Source of the DNA: an uncultured Gammaproteobacteria bacterium
GTDB taxonomy: Bacteria; Pseudomonadota; Gammaproteobacteria; UBA9214
NCBI GenBank assembly: GCA_963827755.1
Contig: CAWHCQ010000011.1
Location: 1-64,000 of the forward strand
Length of the DNA: 64,000 nucleotides
Direction of reading: 5' to 3'
This document shows positions 41,451 to 53,213 of this stretch, piece by piece. Under the pieces are notes generated by a model, which had not been told where the DNA came from, ran no database searches, and saw only the letters and a program-made list of their open reading frames with translations. Within the stretch, counting starts at the first letter, position 1, and each line of letters starts with the position of its first letter. The position numbers and the translations under genes were made by a program.

Positions 41451-41676
41451 GTTCACGGCAGCAGTGTTCCCCCTGGCAGCGGGACAGGGGTGGATCGGCT
41501 TTGCGAATACGGCTGTCACTACAGCCGGCATTATCACCCCATTGAGTGGCTGCACTATCTGCCGGGCTGAAATACACAAAATCCCCTGATTGGTTTCACT
41601 AACGCGTTTTCAGAACTCATCTGCTTCATTATGCAAAGTTACCCTTAAACAGAGACCAACCGAGGAGAGATCCTGG

Positions 41677-42486
41677 ATGACAGGAAGTGATGCTTGCCCG
41701 GCGGCCATCGAGAGCCTGCTGGATATCATGGCCCGGTTACGAAATCCGGAGTCGGGTTGTCCCTGGGACCTGCAACAGGATTTTAGAAGTATTGCGCCTC
41801 ATACGCTCGAAGAGGCCTATGAAGTGGTGGATGCCATCGAACAGGATGACAGGGCGGGTTTACTGGAGGAGTTGGGCGATCTCCTGTTTCAGGTGGTGTT
41901 CCACGCACAAATGGCACGCGAGGCAGGCTGGTTTGATTTCCAGGACGTGGTAAGCGGGATCTGCAACAAGATGACCCGGCGCCACCCGCATGTCTTTGCC
42001 GATGAAGTGATTGCAGATGCTGAAGCGCAAACGCGCGCATGGGAGCTGCACAAGGAAAAAGAACGGGGTAACGATGCCAGTGCCCTGGACGGGGTGCCGA
42101 TGGTCCTGCCGGCATTGACCAGGGCGTGCAAGCTGCAGAAACGGGCATCACGGGTCGGTTTTGACTGGCCAAGTATCCACGGGGTCGCCGACAAGGTGGA
42201 AGAGGAACTGGAAGAACTGAGTGAGGAAATTGGCAAGCAGGCGGCGGGCGGGAGACTGGCTGATGAATCCGGTGACTTGCTGTTTGCTGCTGTGAACCTC
42301 GTGCGCCATGCAGGTGTCGACCCGGAAAGTGCCCTGCGCCAGGCCAACATCAAGTTTACAAGACGGTTTCACCAGGTTGAGGCCTTCTGCCAGGAGGCGG
42401 GCAAGAGTGTCGCGGAGACCGGTCTCGATACACTGGATTTATTCTGGGAAAAGGCCAAGCGAACGGAGCGCCGGGATACGACTTGA
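41677..42486 (+). CDS. mazG: Nucleoside triphosphate pyrophosphohydrolase MazG
   Basis: LRNPESGCPWD, EEAYEV, EELGDLLFQVVFH, RRHPHVF, KVEEE, GDLLF. Confidence 0.95.
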   Translation: MTGSDACPAAIESLLDIMARLRNPESGCPWDLQQDFRSIAPHTLEEAYEVVDAIEQDDRAGLLEELGDLLFQVVFHAQMAREAGWFDFQDVVSGICNKMTRRHPHVFADEVIADAEAQTRAWELHKEKERGNDASALDGVPMVLPALTRACKLQKRASRVGFDWPSIHGVADKVEEELEELSEEIGKQAAGGRLADESGDLLFAAVNLVRHAGVDPESALRQANIKFTRRFHQVEAFCQEAGKSVAETGLDTLDLFWEKAKRTERRDTT

Positions 42487-42577
42487 AGCGGCATGGCCTG
42501 TCTTGTGTATTGCGGGTGGTTCAGGTACAAAGAAGAGCAATAAATCTCATGTCTAACATTCTACGGTGAGCCGTCCA

Positions 42578-43390
42578 ATGGTTACAGAAAGCAGAATCAA
42601 GGTCGAAAATCTGGTTGCCCATTATGGTGACCGCGTAATCCTGAACGGGATCAACATGGATGTCCGCGCCGGCGAAATCATGGTCATTATGGGCGGCAGC
42701 GGTTCCGGCAAGACCACCTTGATGCGCAACCTGCTCGGGCTCAATAAACCAACATCGGGAAGTATCCATGTTTTCGGCAAGGACATTACCAGGATCAGCA
42801 ACCGTGAGCTCTATGAACTGCGTCGCAAGATGGGGGTTGCATTCCAGGGCGGTGCCTTGCTGGGTTCCATGACGGTGGCGGAAAATGTTGAATTGCCCTT
42901 GCGTGAACACACCAGCCTTGACGAGAACACCATTCGCATTATGTCGCGGATGAAGCTTGAAGTGGTTAACCTTGCCGGCTTCGAGGACCTGATGCCTTCC
43001 GAGCTGTCCGGCGGCATGCTGAAGCGTGCGGCACTGGCGCGATCCATCATTATGGACCCGAGCCTGCTGTTCTTCGATGAGCCGTCCGCCGGTCTTGACC
43101 CGGTGGTTTCAGCCGAGCTGGATGAACTCATCCTGCGCCTGAAAAATGCCATGGACGTCAGCATCGTCGTGGTGACTCATGAACTCGAGAGTGCCTTCAA
43201 GATTGCCGACAGGATTACTGTTCTCGGCGGCGGACATGTGCTGATGACCGGTACCGTGGAAGAGGTAAAGAACAGTGACAACCAGGAAATCCAGGACATG
43301 CTGAATCGCAAGCCCAGGGATGAAACTGTCAATGCAGAAGAGTACCTGGCAAGGCTAACCGCGGTACGGCAGGGCCAGCGGCACGTCTAG
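42578..43390 (+). CDS. mlaF: MlaF/Ttg2A-type ABC ATPase
   Basis: Walker A GGSGSGKT, FQGGAL, PSELSGGM.KRAALAR, FFDEPSAGLDP, VVTH. Confidence 0.85.
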   Translation: MVTESRIKVENLVAHYGDRVILNGINMDVRAGEIMVIMGGSGSGKTTLMRNLLGLNKPTSGSIHVFGKDITRISNRELYELRRKMGVAFQGGALLGSMTVAENVELPLREHTSLDENTIRIMSRMKLEVVNLAGFEDLMPSELSGGMLKRAALARSIIMDPSLLFFDEPSAGLDPVVSAELDELILRLKNAMDVSIVVVTHELESAFKIADRITVLGGGHVLMTGTVEEVKNSDNQEIQDMLNRKPRDETVNAEEYLARLTAVRQGQRHV

Positions 43391-43420
43391 CCGGACTAGT
43401 ACTCCGACCGGCCTGTCGGC

Positions 43421-44017
43421 TCAGCTCGTGGTTTCGAGTTCCTTTATTTTTTCCTTCATCTTCGACATCAGGCCATCAAAGCCTTCCTTCTTGACGATCG
43501 TCTGGTAGGAACTGCGGTAGTTGCTGATCAGGCTGACGCCCTCGATAATCACATCGTATACCAGCCAGTCGTTCCCCTTCCTGTACAGCTTGTAATTGAC
43601 CGGGATGTCTGCACTGGCGGTCTTGATCAGGGTTTCAACCAGGGCCTTCTTGCCCTCGGCCTTGTCTGCCGGATAGGAGACGGTCTCGTTGGTGTAGGCT
43701 TCCAGTTTTGCCACATAACTGTTCTGGATCAATTGCTTGAACAGGTCTGTGAATTCCTGCTTCTCTGCGTCAGTCGCCTTTTTCCAGTTGGTGGCGAGGG
43801 TGCGTTGTGACATGGCACGGAAATCGAAGCGTTTGCCGATTTCTTTCTCCATGGCGCTGCGCCTGGCGGCCTTGTCCAGGTTGTCATTCTTGAGGAGACC
43901 AAGAATGGCTTCAACGGTAGTCCGCACGGAATCGACAGCCGAGCTTTCAGCCGAAACCACGGGCGCAAAGGCCAGTGACAGGCCGACAGTCAGGATCATC
44001 AAGTAACGTTTTAACAT
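43421..44017 (-). CDS. mlaC: MlaC/Ttg2D periplasmic lipid shuttle
   Basis: Signal peptide; FDFRAMSQRTL..NW; W.VYDVIIEGVSLISNYRS. Confidence 0.9.
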   Translation of the reverse strand: MLKRYLMILTVGLSLAFAPVVSAESSAVDSVRTTVEAILGLLKNDNLDKAARRSAMEKEIGKRFDFRAMSQRTLATNWKKATDAEKQEFTDLFKQLIQNSYVAKLEAYTNETVSYPADKAEGKKALVETLIKTASADIPVNYKLYRKGNDWLVYDVIIEGVSLISNYRSSYQTIVKKEGFDGLMSKMKEKIKELETTS

Positions 44018-44067
44018 TTCAAATACCTCTTTACGACAATATGGTTGTGAGACAGTCCGCTGTCCCG

Positions 44068-44991
44068 TTAGTTCTCGACCAGGTTCTGGCGGTACTGTGC
44101 CCAGGCATCACGTACGAACAGGTACGGGTCGAGTGCATCCTTCTTGATGCCTTCGTAGGTGTCCTTGTCGAGCGAAAGCGCGTTGATTGCCCGATAGGCG
44201 ATTGCGTAATAATAGTCACTGTTCTCCCAGGCATACGAGACAATATTCATATAGCTGTCGGCAACCCGTCCGATGCCGTCCCTGAAGCTGGACGGCCCAA
44301 GGAAGGGCAGCACCAGGTACGGGCCCGGACCGACACCGTAGTGACCCAGGGTCTGCCCGGTGTCTTCATCCTGCTTCGCGATGCCGAAGTGTTCCTTCGC
44401 GGGATCGAACATGCCACCGATCCCGAGGGTGGTATTGGTGCCGAACCGGACCAGTTCATTGCCGGCATCACCGAACTTGCCCTGCAGGCCGGCATTGATT
44501 ATGCGTACGGGGGTTGCGAGGTTGGAGAAGATATTGCCGACCGCGACCCTGAAAGGTTCCGGCGCTATCCAGCGGTAGCCCCTTGCGATCGGTTTCAACA
44601 GGTAAAAGTAAAGCTTGTCATTGAACCAGAACATGCCCCGGTTGAAGGTCTCCAGCGGGTCATAGACTTCGAGCATTTCGTCGTCTTCGTCCATGAACGG
44701 CAAATCTTCGCTGGTCGCGCCGACGACTTCAGCCATGAGCAGGAAATTGTCGTCTGCGCTGGCGACGCGGTAGCTGTCAATCGTGTTATCCGCGGCAGCC
44801 AGGGTAAAGGGGTTGGCCGGGTTGTCCGTGTCAGGCAGCGTGTAGGGCAGGCTGTCGGCGGCATTTTGCGCGAAATTACGGCCGTATAGCGTGACCATGT
44901 TGCTGCTTTCTGAAAAGCCTGTGAGAACAATCCCGCTTGTGGCACTCATCGGAACAGCCAGGGCGAGTATCAAGGCAATGGTTTTTTTCAT
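44068..44991 (-). CDS. mlaA: MlaA/VacJ family outer-membrane protein with long acidic N-terminal extension and no lipobox Cys
   Basis: YDPLETFNRGMFWFND, RFGTNTTLGIGG.FD, EDTGQTLG..GV.PGPYLVLPFLGPS..RD, DPY...RDA. Confidence 0.9.
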   Translation of the reverse strand: MKKTIALILALAVPMSATSGIVLTGFSESSNMVTLYGRNFAQNAADSLPYTLPDTDNPANPFTLAAADNTIDSYRVASADDNFLLMAEVVGATSEDLPFMDEDDEMLEVYDPLETFNRGMFWFNDKLYFYLLKPIARGYRWIAPEPFRVAVGNIFSNLATPVRIINAGLQGKFGDAGNELVRFGTNTTLGIGGMFDPAKEHFGIAKQDEDTGQTLGHYGVGPGPYLVLPFLGPSSFRDGIGRVADSYMNIVSYAWENSDYYYAIAYRAINALSLDKDTYEGIKKDALDPYLFVRDAWAQYRQNLVEN

Positions 44992-45009
44992 AATATTTTC
45001 CTTCACGGG

Positions 45010-45456
45010 TTATTCACCTTCAAAGATGTATTTACTGACCAGTTCTTCCAGGCTGATCGAGGCCTCGGTTTCCTCGATGACATCACCATCTGCCAGGAAG
45101 ATTTCCGATCCTCCCGGGGTAAGCTTGATAAACTTGTCACCGATGATGCCGGAGGTGCGAATCGAGGCAATACTGTCGTCGGTCAGCTTTATGGTCTTGT
45201 TGACGTCCATGTGGACTACGGCTTCGTATTCGCCGGCATCCAGCTCGATTTTTGTGACCTTGCCGACGTTAACGCCAGCGAGTTCAAGGGTTGCGCCTTC
45301 CTTGAGCCCGCTGATGGATGTGAAGCGTGCGGTAACAGCGTAGCTTTCTTCCTTGAACAGATCGAGGTCACCCATCTTCACGGCAAGATAGGCAAAGCTG
45401 GCAAAGCCCGCCAGCAGGAAAGCACCAACAATCATTTCAAGACTCGTTTTTTTCAT
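45010..45456 (-). CDS. mlaD: MlaD MCE-domain protein
   Basis: N-terminal TM; ARF.SISGLK.GA....AGV.VG.V; SIRTSGIIGDKFI.LTPG. Confidence 0.92.
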   Translation of the reverse strand: MKKTSLEMIVGAFLLAGFASFAYLAVKMGDLDLFKEESYAVTARFTSISGLKEGATLELAGVNVGKVTKIELDAGEYEAVVHMDVNKTIKLTDDSIASIRTSGIIGDKFIKLTPGGSEIFLADGDVIEETEASISLEELVSKYIFEGE

Positions 45457-45503
45457 AGTTGCTAACCCCGTACTCTCCGGTCAATTTGCAGCGGTTTGTT
45501 TTG

Positions 45504-46295
45504 TTACGAAAGAATCAGTGATCCGATCAGGTAGTCCCATACAAGGATGGTGACTGATGCAAGCACGACGGCGTCGGTAGTGATGCGGCTGACACCTTCA
45601 GCACCGTATACGCCGGTCCGGCTGAGATGGAGATAGTATCCCTTGACGGTGGTTATCCAGACGATCAGCAGGCCGAAGACCAGTGACTTGATTCCGCAGA
45701 GGCGGATGTCTGCCCATTCCACGCTTTTATACATGCCCTGGAAATAGGAGCCTGAAGAAACATCCAGCAGGACAACACCGGCCAGGTAGCCGCCAAAGAT
45801 GCCGACCACGCAGAAGATAAATGAAAGTACCGGGAGTGAGATCAGGGCCGCTGCAAACTTGGGTGCGACCAGGTATTTAATCGGGTCGATCGCCATGCAT
45901 TCCAGCGCATCGATCTGTTCCGAGTGGCGCATGATGCCGATTTCCGCGCAAATGGCAGAGCCGGCACGTCCAATGACCATCAGCGCAGTCAGAACCGGGC
46001 CCAGTTCCTGTATCAGGCTGAGGGCAACGGCGGAGCCGAGCAGTTCCTCGGAGCCGAACTGTTTCAGGTTGTGGTAGCCCTGCAGGCCCAGAACCATGCC
46101 GGTAAACAGGCCGACGATCATGATTACGGTGGTGGAGCGGGTGCCGATGAAGTAAATCTGGCGGACAATGGGGTAGAGGGAGTAGGGGGGTCTGAATGAA
46201 GCGGCAACTGCAGAACCGAAGAACATGCCGCTTCTGCCGATGTATTCAAGCATGTAAAGGAACTCACTTCCAAGTTTTTGTATCAGGTTTCCCAT
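45504..46295 (-). CDS. mlaE: MlaE ABC permease
   Basis: FTGMVLGLQG, ELGPVLTALMV.GRAGSA..AEIG.M...EQIDAL..MAIDP..YLVAP. Confidence 0.93.
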   Translation of the reverse strand: MGNLIQKLGSEFLYMLEYIGRSGMFFGSAVAASFRPPYSLYPIVRQIYFIGTRSTTVIMIVGLFTGMVLGLQGYHNLKQFGSEELLGSAVALSLIQELGPVLTALMVIGRAGSAICAEIGIMRHSEQIDALECMAIDPIKYLVAPKFAAALISLPVLSFIFCVVGIFGGYLAGVVLLDVSSGSYFQGMYKSVEWADIRLCGIKSLVFGLLIVWITTVKGYYLHLSRTGVYGAEGVSRITTDAVVLASVTILVWDYLIGSLILS

Positions 46296-46378
46296 TGTTC
46301 GCAGTTATTTTTCCCTGTCCCCTGAATTTCGTGCTGATAATACCGGATGCAATAAATGAAGTCAGTAATCTTTAACTG

Positions 46379-46708
46379 TCAGGCAAGTCCCTCTTCGACA
46401 GAATCAAACATGGTAAATACCTTGTCGAGGCGCGCCAGTTCAAGTACACGCCGGGTGGGTTCGCTGGTGGCCGCCAGTGCAAACATGCCGCCGGTCTTTT
46501 TGGCGGCCTGCAGGGCCTCAACCAGTGATGCAACACCGGAGCTGTCGATATAGGAGACTTCGGAAAGATCGACGATGATCTTCGCTTTCCCGGTGTTTTT
46601 AAAACACTTGATCAGGATTTCGCGTGCAACCGGAGAGCTTTCCAGGTCGATCTCGCCTGAAAATACAACGACTTTTGCACCGGGTTTCTCGATAATTTCA
46701 TGTTTCAT
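46379..46708 (-). CDS. STAS-domain protein (anti-sigma-factor antagonist, RsbV/SpoIIAA type)
   Basis: GEID, VDLSEVSYIDSSGVASL with the conserved phosphoacceptor Ser; LELARLDKVF; start overlaps the upstream stop. Confidence 0.9.
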   Translation of the reverse strand: MKHEIIEKPGAKVVVFSGEIDLESSPVAREILIKCFKNTGKAKIIVDLSEVSYIDSSGVASLVEALQAAKKTGGMFALAATSEPTRRVLELARLDKVFTMFDSVEEGLA

Positions 46709-48479
46709 TTGTCTTGTCTCTCTCAATGAATTTGGCCATGCGTAGCAGGTTTCCCTTGCCGGATGGCACCGGCAGGTATTCGACTTCGTCCATTACGTCG
46801 TGGATCAGGCAGATTCCCAGTCCACCCGGTTTCAGCTTTTTGGGCCACTTCGGCCTGAGTTTTTCCTGATCGACCGGGGGGGCTGAATCCTCCAGGAGGA
46901 ATTCAAGTATGCCGTCTTTACAGCGTATTTCCAATGTTGCATTGCCATCCGCTGTGTCCTTGTAGGCATGGCGTACGATATTCTGGCAGGCCTCGCTGAT
47001 CGCGATGATCATATCCTGGGTCACCTCGGGGGTGCAGCCGCAGGCCTCGCAGGCCTCGCGGGTGATCTCGCGCACCCCCGGCAAGGCATCCGCCGTCGAC
47101 TTAAATGTATGGCGCCTGATCGTGCCCATAGTCTTGTCCTCGGCTTTATCGGGGCGGAATTCCACGGCAATCATCGTTATATCGTCATGGCGTGTGCGGC
47201 CGGTATCCCTCAGGGTCGTCAATACGGCGCTGAGACGTTCGGCGGCGGAACGGTGCCGGTGTGCCATGATGATGTTCTTGAAACCTTCCAGCCCGAGCTG
47301 GCCGCCGTCAGCAAGTTTGCCCTCGGTAACCCCGTCCGTGAATATATACAGGGATCCGCCATCGAGGTTGAATATTTCATCCGTGATTCCTGTCTCACCC
47401 GCTTCCAGCGGCAGAATGCCCAGCGGCGGGGAGCTGGCCGGTACCTCGGTGAATGTGTCGTCCCGGGAGTGAATCAGTGGTGGTTCATGGCCTGCATTGG
47501 CCAGATGTACTTCGCCGCTGGCGGGATCAAACAAGCCGCAGCTCATGGTAACAAACATGCCGTTGATGGCTGTTTCGCAGAGCTCGCGGTTGATGGTTGC
47601 AAGCAGCAAGCCGGGAGTATGAATGGTCTTTCCCAGGCAGCGGAACAGGCTTGCTGTTTTCGACATCAACAACGCGGCATTGATGCCCTTGCCGGAAACA
47701 TCACCGAGACTGAAATAGACGCGACCGTCATCCAGCTCGAAGAAGTCATAGAAGTCACCCGACATTTCATAGGCCGGGAGGTTAATCCCGCTAACCGGAA
47801 AAGGTGCCTCCCGCGGTTCGGGTAACAGGCTGCGTTGCATCTCGCTGGCCAGTTCCAGTTCACGGTTGACGCGTTCCTGGTGGATCAGCCTGCCTGCCAT
47901 CCTGGAATTGTGAATGGCGAGCGCGGCGGCGGAGCCCAGGGTTTGCAGCATCATCAGATCGGTTTCGGAATAGAGTTCGCTTTTATTGCTCTTGTTGACC
48001 AGTTCAATCGCACCGATGCTCTTGTTGTGGACAATCAGGGGTGCGCAGAGGATTGAAAGTGTCCTGAAGCCGCTGGCTTCATCAATGGATTTGTCGAAAT
48101 TCGGGTCATGCTGGGCGTCCCGGACGATCCGGCTGCTGCCTTCTGCAACGCACTGGCCAACAATACCTTCACCCTCCCTGAGCGTGATTCCCTTGATATC
48201 TACCGGGCCGACGCTGGCTTCACAGGTGATGATGTGATTTTTGTCCAGCATGAACAGGGAACCGCCTTCAGCCTTGACGAACTGTACTATCAGGCCAAGG
48301 GCCTTCTCGATAGTTTCGCCGGTGTCGAGGGAGCCGGCCAGATGGCTGCTCATTTCCGAAAGCAGCTGGAGGTGAGCCGAGATGGCCTGTTTATTGCGCC
48401 GGTCGAGCAGACTGTGATCTCTGCGGTCCTGGTCGGGTGGCATTGCGGCCGTCCTGGCTGCTTTAGTATCGTCTGTCAT
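46698..48479 (-). CDS. GAF + PP2C/SpoIIE phosphatase + RsbW-type HATPase (Ser kinase) fusion
   Basis: GAF (GEGIVG...D..F...ID..SGF.T.SILCAPL); PP2C SGDFYD, GDVSGKG, ANAGH, FTDGVTE, DDIT; kinase [13 protein letters not shown] and PGGLGICLI. Confidence 0.9.
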   Translation of the reverse strand: MTDDTKAARTAAMPPDQDRRDHSLLDRRNKQAISAHLQLLSEMSSHLAGSLDTGETIEKALGLIVQFVKAEGGSLFMLDKNHIITCEASVGPVDIKGITLREGEGIVGQCVAEGSSRIVRDAQHDPNFDKSIDEASGFRTLSILCAPLIVHNKSIGAIELVNKSNKSELYSETDLMMLQTLGSAAALAIHNSRMAGRLIHQERVNRELELASEMQRSLLPEPREAPFPVSGINLPAYEMSGDFYDFFELDDGRVYFSLGDVSGKGINAALLMSKTASLFRCLGKTIHTPGLLLATINRELCETAINGMFVTMSCGLFDPASGEVHLANAGHEPPLIHSRDDTFTEVPASSPPLGILPLEAGETGITDEIFNLDGGSLYIFTDGVTEGKLADGGQLGLEGFKNIIMAHRHRSAAERLSAVLTTLRDTGRTRHDDITMIAVEFRPDKAEDKTMGTIRRHTFKSTADALPGVREITREACEACGCTPEVTQDMIIAISEACQNIVRHAYKDTADGNATLEIRCKDGILEFLLEDSAPPVDQEKLRPKWPKKLKPGGLGICLIHDVMDEVEYLPVPSGKGNLLRMAKFIERDKTNET

Positions 48480-48527
48480 ACATTACCGTACTGTCCTGAA
48501 TAACAGTCTGCTGCTCGTTGAAATCAA

Positions 48528-48604
<77 letters not shown>

Positions 48605-48605
48605 A

Positions 48606-49607
48606 TTAATAAGAACGATTAACAGAAAACTCGGCAAGACTATAGAGTGCATCCTTGTATGCTGACTCCGGCAGCGGGCCCAGTGCCGCGATGGCAAGAT
48701 CAGCTTCCCGTTGTGCAGCTTGTGCAGTGTACGGAATGGCGCCGGTCGCTTCAATAATGGCGCAAACTGCCTGCATGTTGTCATGTCCGCCGTTTTCAAT
48801 GGCCTTGCGAATCAGTGCGGCTTGCTCCGGCGTACCTACCTGCATTGCATGTATCAATGGCAGGGTGGGTTTGCCCTCGGCCAGGTCATCGCCGACGTTT
48901 TTACCCGTGTCCTCCGGGGAAGCACTGTAGTCCAGTACGTCATCAATCAACTGGAAGGCGATGCCGAGATGTAAACCATAACTGGCCATGGCCTTTTCAA
49001 CCAGCTCGCTTTGCTGTCCGAGGACGGCGCCAAATTGTGCCGCAGCCTCGAACAGGCGTGCTGTTTTCCGGCGGATGACGTCCAGGTATTGTATTTCCGT
49101 GGTAGCGGCATCATGGCAGTTAAGCAGCTGCATGACCTCGCCTTCTGCGATGGCGTTGGTGGTGGTGGACATGATTTCCATGATGCGCATTTCCCTGGCA
49201 TCGACAATCATCTCGAAGGCACGTGAATAGAGAAAATCGCCGACCAGCACACTGGCCTCGTTACCCCAGACCGCGTTGGCGGTCATGTTGCCACGCCGGA
49301 GTTGCGAGGCATCGACAACATCATCGTGCAGCAGGGTGGCGGTATGGATGAATTCTATGACAGCGGCCAGGTTGATATGCTGATCGCCCTTGTAGCCGCA
49401 GGCATTGGCGGTGAGCAGCACCAGTATCGGGCGTAACCGCTTGCCGCCGCTGTTTATAATATAGTGCGAGAGCTGGTTGATCAGGCTTACGTCACTGTGC
49501 AAGCGGGCCTGGATGAGTGCATCCACGGCATCGAACTCTTCGGACACGAGGCGGCGTATGGACTCGATTCCTGATATATCCTGATGATTTTTAACTAGTT
49601 TTAGCAT
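48606..49607 (-). CDS. ispB: Octaprenyl diphosphate synthase
   Basis: [55 protein letters not shown]. Confidence 0.96.
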   Translation of the reverse strand: MLKLVKNHQDISGIESIRRLVSEEFDAVDALIQARLHSDVSLINQLSHYIINSGGKRLRPILVLLTANACGYKGDQHINLAAVIEFIHTATLLHDDVVDASQLRRGNMTANAVWGNEASVLVGDFLYSRAFEMIVDAREMRIMEIMSTTTNAIAEGEVMQLLNCHDAATTEIQYLDVIRRKTARLFEAAAQFGAVLGQQSELVEKAMASYGLHLGIAFQLIDDVLDYSASPEDTGKNVGDDLAEGKPTLPLIHAMQVGTPEQAALIRKAIENGGHDNMQAVCAIIEATGAIPYTAQAAQREADLAIAALGPLPESAYKDALYSLAEFSVNRSY

Positions 49608-49709
49608 AGGGGTATGGATTCGGGGGCGTATCGGGTCCGGGTGATCCTGCGCGGCTGGTATTTCGGCTAGTTTAACGGTCTTGCAGAGCGTGCGCCAGAA
49701 GGGATTTGA

Positions 49710-49738
49710 TTGACCTTGCCGGGTGCAATCATTAGAAT
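49710..49738 (+). promoter_or_regulatory. sigma70-type promoter for rplU-rpmA
   Basis: TTGACC-N17-TAGAAT about 50 bp upstream of rplU. Confidence 0.6.
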
Positions 49739-49785
49739 GAGCGGCCTTTTTCGACAATGCAGTTGATGCGCTTGGAGTTTCTAAC

Positions 49786-50097
49786 ATGTATGCGGTAATC
49801 AAGACGGGCGGCAAGCAATATCGTGTCCTCGAGGGTGACACCTTGCGGGTGGAGAAACTCGATGCCGGTACAGGCGAGACCATTGAGTTTGACCAGGTCC
49901 TGATGGTTGGCGAAGGCGCAGACGTAAAGATCGGCACCCCTTACGTCGATGGCGGCAAGGTTACCGCGACAGTCAGGGAGCAGGGTCGCGCCAAAAAGGT
50001 CGACATCATCAAGTTCCGTCGCCGCAAGCACCACATGAAGCGGATGGGACATCGTCAGAGTTATACCGAGCTGGAAATCACCGCCATCAGCGGTTGA
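49786..50097 (+). CDS. rplU: 50S ribosomal protein L21
   Basis: [14 protein letters not shown]...[16 protein letters not shown]. Confidence 0.98.
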   Translation: MYAVIKTGGKQYRVLEGDTLRVEKLDAGTGETIEFDQVLMVGEGADVKIGTPYVDGGKVTATVREQGRAKKVDIIKFRRRKHHMKRMGHRQSYTELEITAISG

Positions 50098-50121
50098 TGG
50101 CCTGCTACAGAGGATCATCAA

Positions 50122-50379
50122 ATGGCACACAAGAAAGCAGGCGGCAGTACCCGTAACGGCCGCGATTCAGAATCCAAGCGACTCGGCGTCAAGTGTTTCG
50201 GCGGTGAATCGGTGCTGGCCGGCAATATCATCGTTCGCCAGCGTGGTACACATTTTCATCCCGGCAAGAATGTCGGCTGTGGCAGGGACCACACACTCTT
50301 TGCCAAGAGCACCGGGGTAGTGCGTTTCGTTCAGCGCGGAGCAAAAAAACGCAAGTTTGTCGAAGTCGAAGCTGGCTGA
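50122..50379 (+). CDS. rpmA: 50S ribosomal protein L27
   Basis: [24 protein letters not shown]...RQRGT. Confidence 0.98.
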   Translation: MAHKKAGGSTRNGRDSESKRLGVKCFGGESVLAGNIIVRQRGTHFHPGKNVGCGRDHTLFAKSTGVVRFVQRGAKKRKFVEVEAG

Positions 50380-50403
50380 GCCAGGCGCCTGCCAGGCATC
50401 ATC

Positions 50404-50429
50404 AAGCCCCGCCATGAGCGGGGTTTTTT
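50404..50429 (+). terminator. Rho-independent terminator after rpmA
   Basis: aagccccgc-catga-gcggggtttttt. Confidence 0.75.
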
Positions 50430-50445
50430 GTGTTAAGCCACGTGA

Positions 50446-51597
<1,152 letters not shown>

Positions 51598-51696
51598 TTT
51601 CCGTTATTTGTATGGCCATGCTATGGCATTACTATTAACCCCGTTCAGGGGACTGGCGGATGGCCTGCATCCGCTGTATCAGGGTAAGGCAAGACA

Positions 51697-52824
51697 ATGT
51701 CCGGACAGTTAAAAACAAGCGACTGCAAGCGTTGGGTCATCAAGATCGGCAGCGCCCTGTTGACCAACGAGGGCGCCGGTCTTGCCACAGACGCGATTGA
51801 CAGCTGGGTTGAACAGATGGCCGCCCTGCGCGTGCAGGGCCATGAGCTGGTGCTCGTCTCTTCCGGTGCGGTTGCCGAGGGCATGTCGCGCCTGGGCTGG
51901 CGACAGCGCCCGCACGCCCTGCATGAACTGCAGGCGGCAGCGGCCGTTGGCCAGATGGGCCTGGTGCAGGCCTACGAGTCCCGCTTCCAGCGATACGGCC
52001 TGCACACGGCACAGGTCTTGCTCACTCACGACGACCTGCTCCACAGACAGCGTTACCTGAACGCCCGCAGCACCTTGCGCACCCTGCTGCAACTCAACGT
52101 GGTCCCGGTCGTCAACGAGAATGATACGGTCGCCACGGAAGAAATCCGTTTTGGCGACAATGACTCCCTTGGTGCGCTGGTCGCCAACCTGGTCGAGGCA
52201 GACTTGCTGGTGTTTCTGACCGACCAGGAGGGGATGTATGACAGTGATCCCCGCAGTAACCCGAATGCCGCACTGATACCGGAAGCACGGGCCGGTGATC
52301 TGCAACTCGAGTCCATGGCAGCCGGCAGTGGCGGGGTGCTGGGGCGCGGTGGCATGCTTACCAAGGTAAGGGCAGCGGCGCGCGCCGCTCGTTCCGGGAC
52401 AATGACACTGATTGTGTCCGGCAAGGAACAGAATGTGCTGCAACGTATCGGCGCTGATGAGCAGCTGGGAACACGTCTGTACGCGGCAAATGCGCCACTG
52501 GCCGCACGCAAGCAATGGCTGGCCAGTCAGTTGCAGGTGCGTGGGCGGCTGATGCTGGACGAAGGGGCTGTGAATGTATTACGCGCTGCCGGCAGAAGTC
52601 TGCTGGCGGTCGGGGTCACCGCGGTTGAAGGGGGCTTCAGTCGTGGCGACCTGGTGGTTTGCCTGGCGCCGGGTGGCGAGGAGATTGCGCGTGGGCTGGT
52701 GAATTACAATGCGGATGAAACGCGCAGGATAATCGGCAAGGCAAGCGGGCAGATCGAGGAGATCCTGGGTTACATCGATGAACCCGAATTAATCCACCGT
52801 GACAACCTGGTGCTGAGCGCGTGA
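51697..52824 (+). CDS. proB: Glutamate 5-kinase
   Basis: VIKIGS, VSSGAV, AAVGQ, NENDTV, FGDND, GRGGM.TK, PUA domain ending IHRDNLV. Confidence 0.97.
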   Translation: MSGQLKTSDCKRWVIKIGSALLTNEGAGLATDAIDSWVEQMAALRVQGHELVLVSSGAVAEGMSRLGWRQRPHALHELQAAAAVGQMGLVQAYESRFQRYGLHTAQVLLTHDDLLHRQRYLNARSTLRTLLQLNVVPVVNENDTVATEEIRFGDNDSLGALVANLVEADLLVFLTDQEGMYDSDPRSNPNAALIPEARAGDLQLESMAAGSGGVLGRGGMLTKVRAAARAARSGTMTLIVSGKEQNVLQRIGADEQLGTRLYAANAPLAARKQWLASQLQVRGRLMLDEGAVNVLRAAGRSLLAVGVTAVEGGFSRGDLVVCLAPGGEEIARGLVNYNADETRRIIGKASGQIEEILGYIDEPELIHRDNLVLSA

Positions 52825-52836
52825 ATGCCGCGCATT

Positions 52837-52865
52837 AAAAAGCCGGCCATCGGGCCGGCTTTTTT
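52837..52865. terminator. Bidirectional terminator between proB and rpsT
   Basis: aaaaagccggcc-atcg-ggccggcttttt. Confidence 0.8.
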
Positions 52866-52886
52866 GAAATCATGCAGCGCTGTTAT

Positions 52887-53147
52887 TCAGAGACTGCGGA
52901 TATTCCGGTTCAGCCGGCTCTTGTGGCGCGCAGCCTTGTTTGCATGGATCAGTCCCTTGCCTGCTGCCTTGTCGATAACCGGTACCGCTTCGTCATAGGC
53001 CTTTTTGGCCGCCTCACGGTCACCCGTTTCGATGGTTTTCAGAACCTTCTTGATGGAGGTACGCATGTTTGAACGCTGGCTTGCATTGAGCTGGCGGTGG
53101 TTTTCCGCTTGCCGTGCGCGTTTTCTTGCCTGTGCTGTATTTGCCAA
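52887..53147 (-). CDS. rpsT: 30S ribosomal protein S20 (TTG start)
   Basis: [13 protein letters not shown]...[16 protein letters not shown]; AGGAG RBS. Confidence 0.97.
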   Translation of the reverse strand: MANTAQARKRARQAENHRQLNASQRSNMRTSIKKVLKTIETGDREAAKKAYDEAVPVIDKAAGKGLIHANKAARHKSRLNRNIRSL

Positions 53148-53183
53148 GGAACTGCTCCTTCGGGGTCATTCAAAAGACGGCGT

Positions 53184-53213
53184 ACTATGCGGATTTCAGC
53201 TGGAATTTGTCAA
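53184..53213 (-). promoter_or_regulatory. sigma70-type promoter for rpsT
   Basis: Minus strand TTGACA-N18-CATAGT. Confidence 0.55.

Noticed and set aside
51657-51676. Short gcggatg...catccgc hairpin between obgE and proB
   Set aside because: It resembles the REP inner palindrome but lacks the GTAG end and a partner copy; too short to call.
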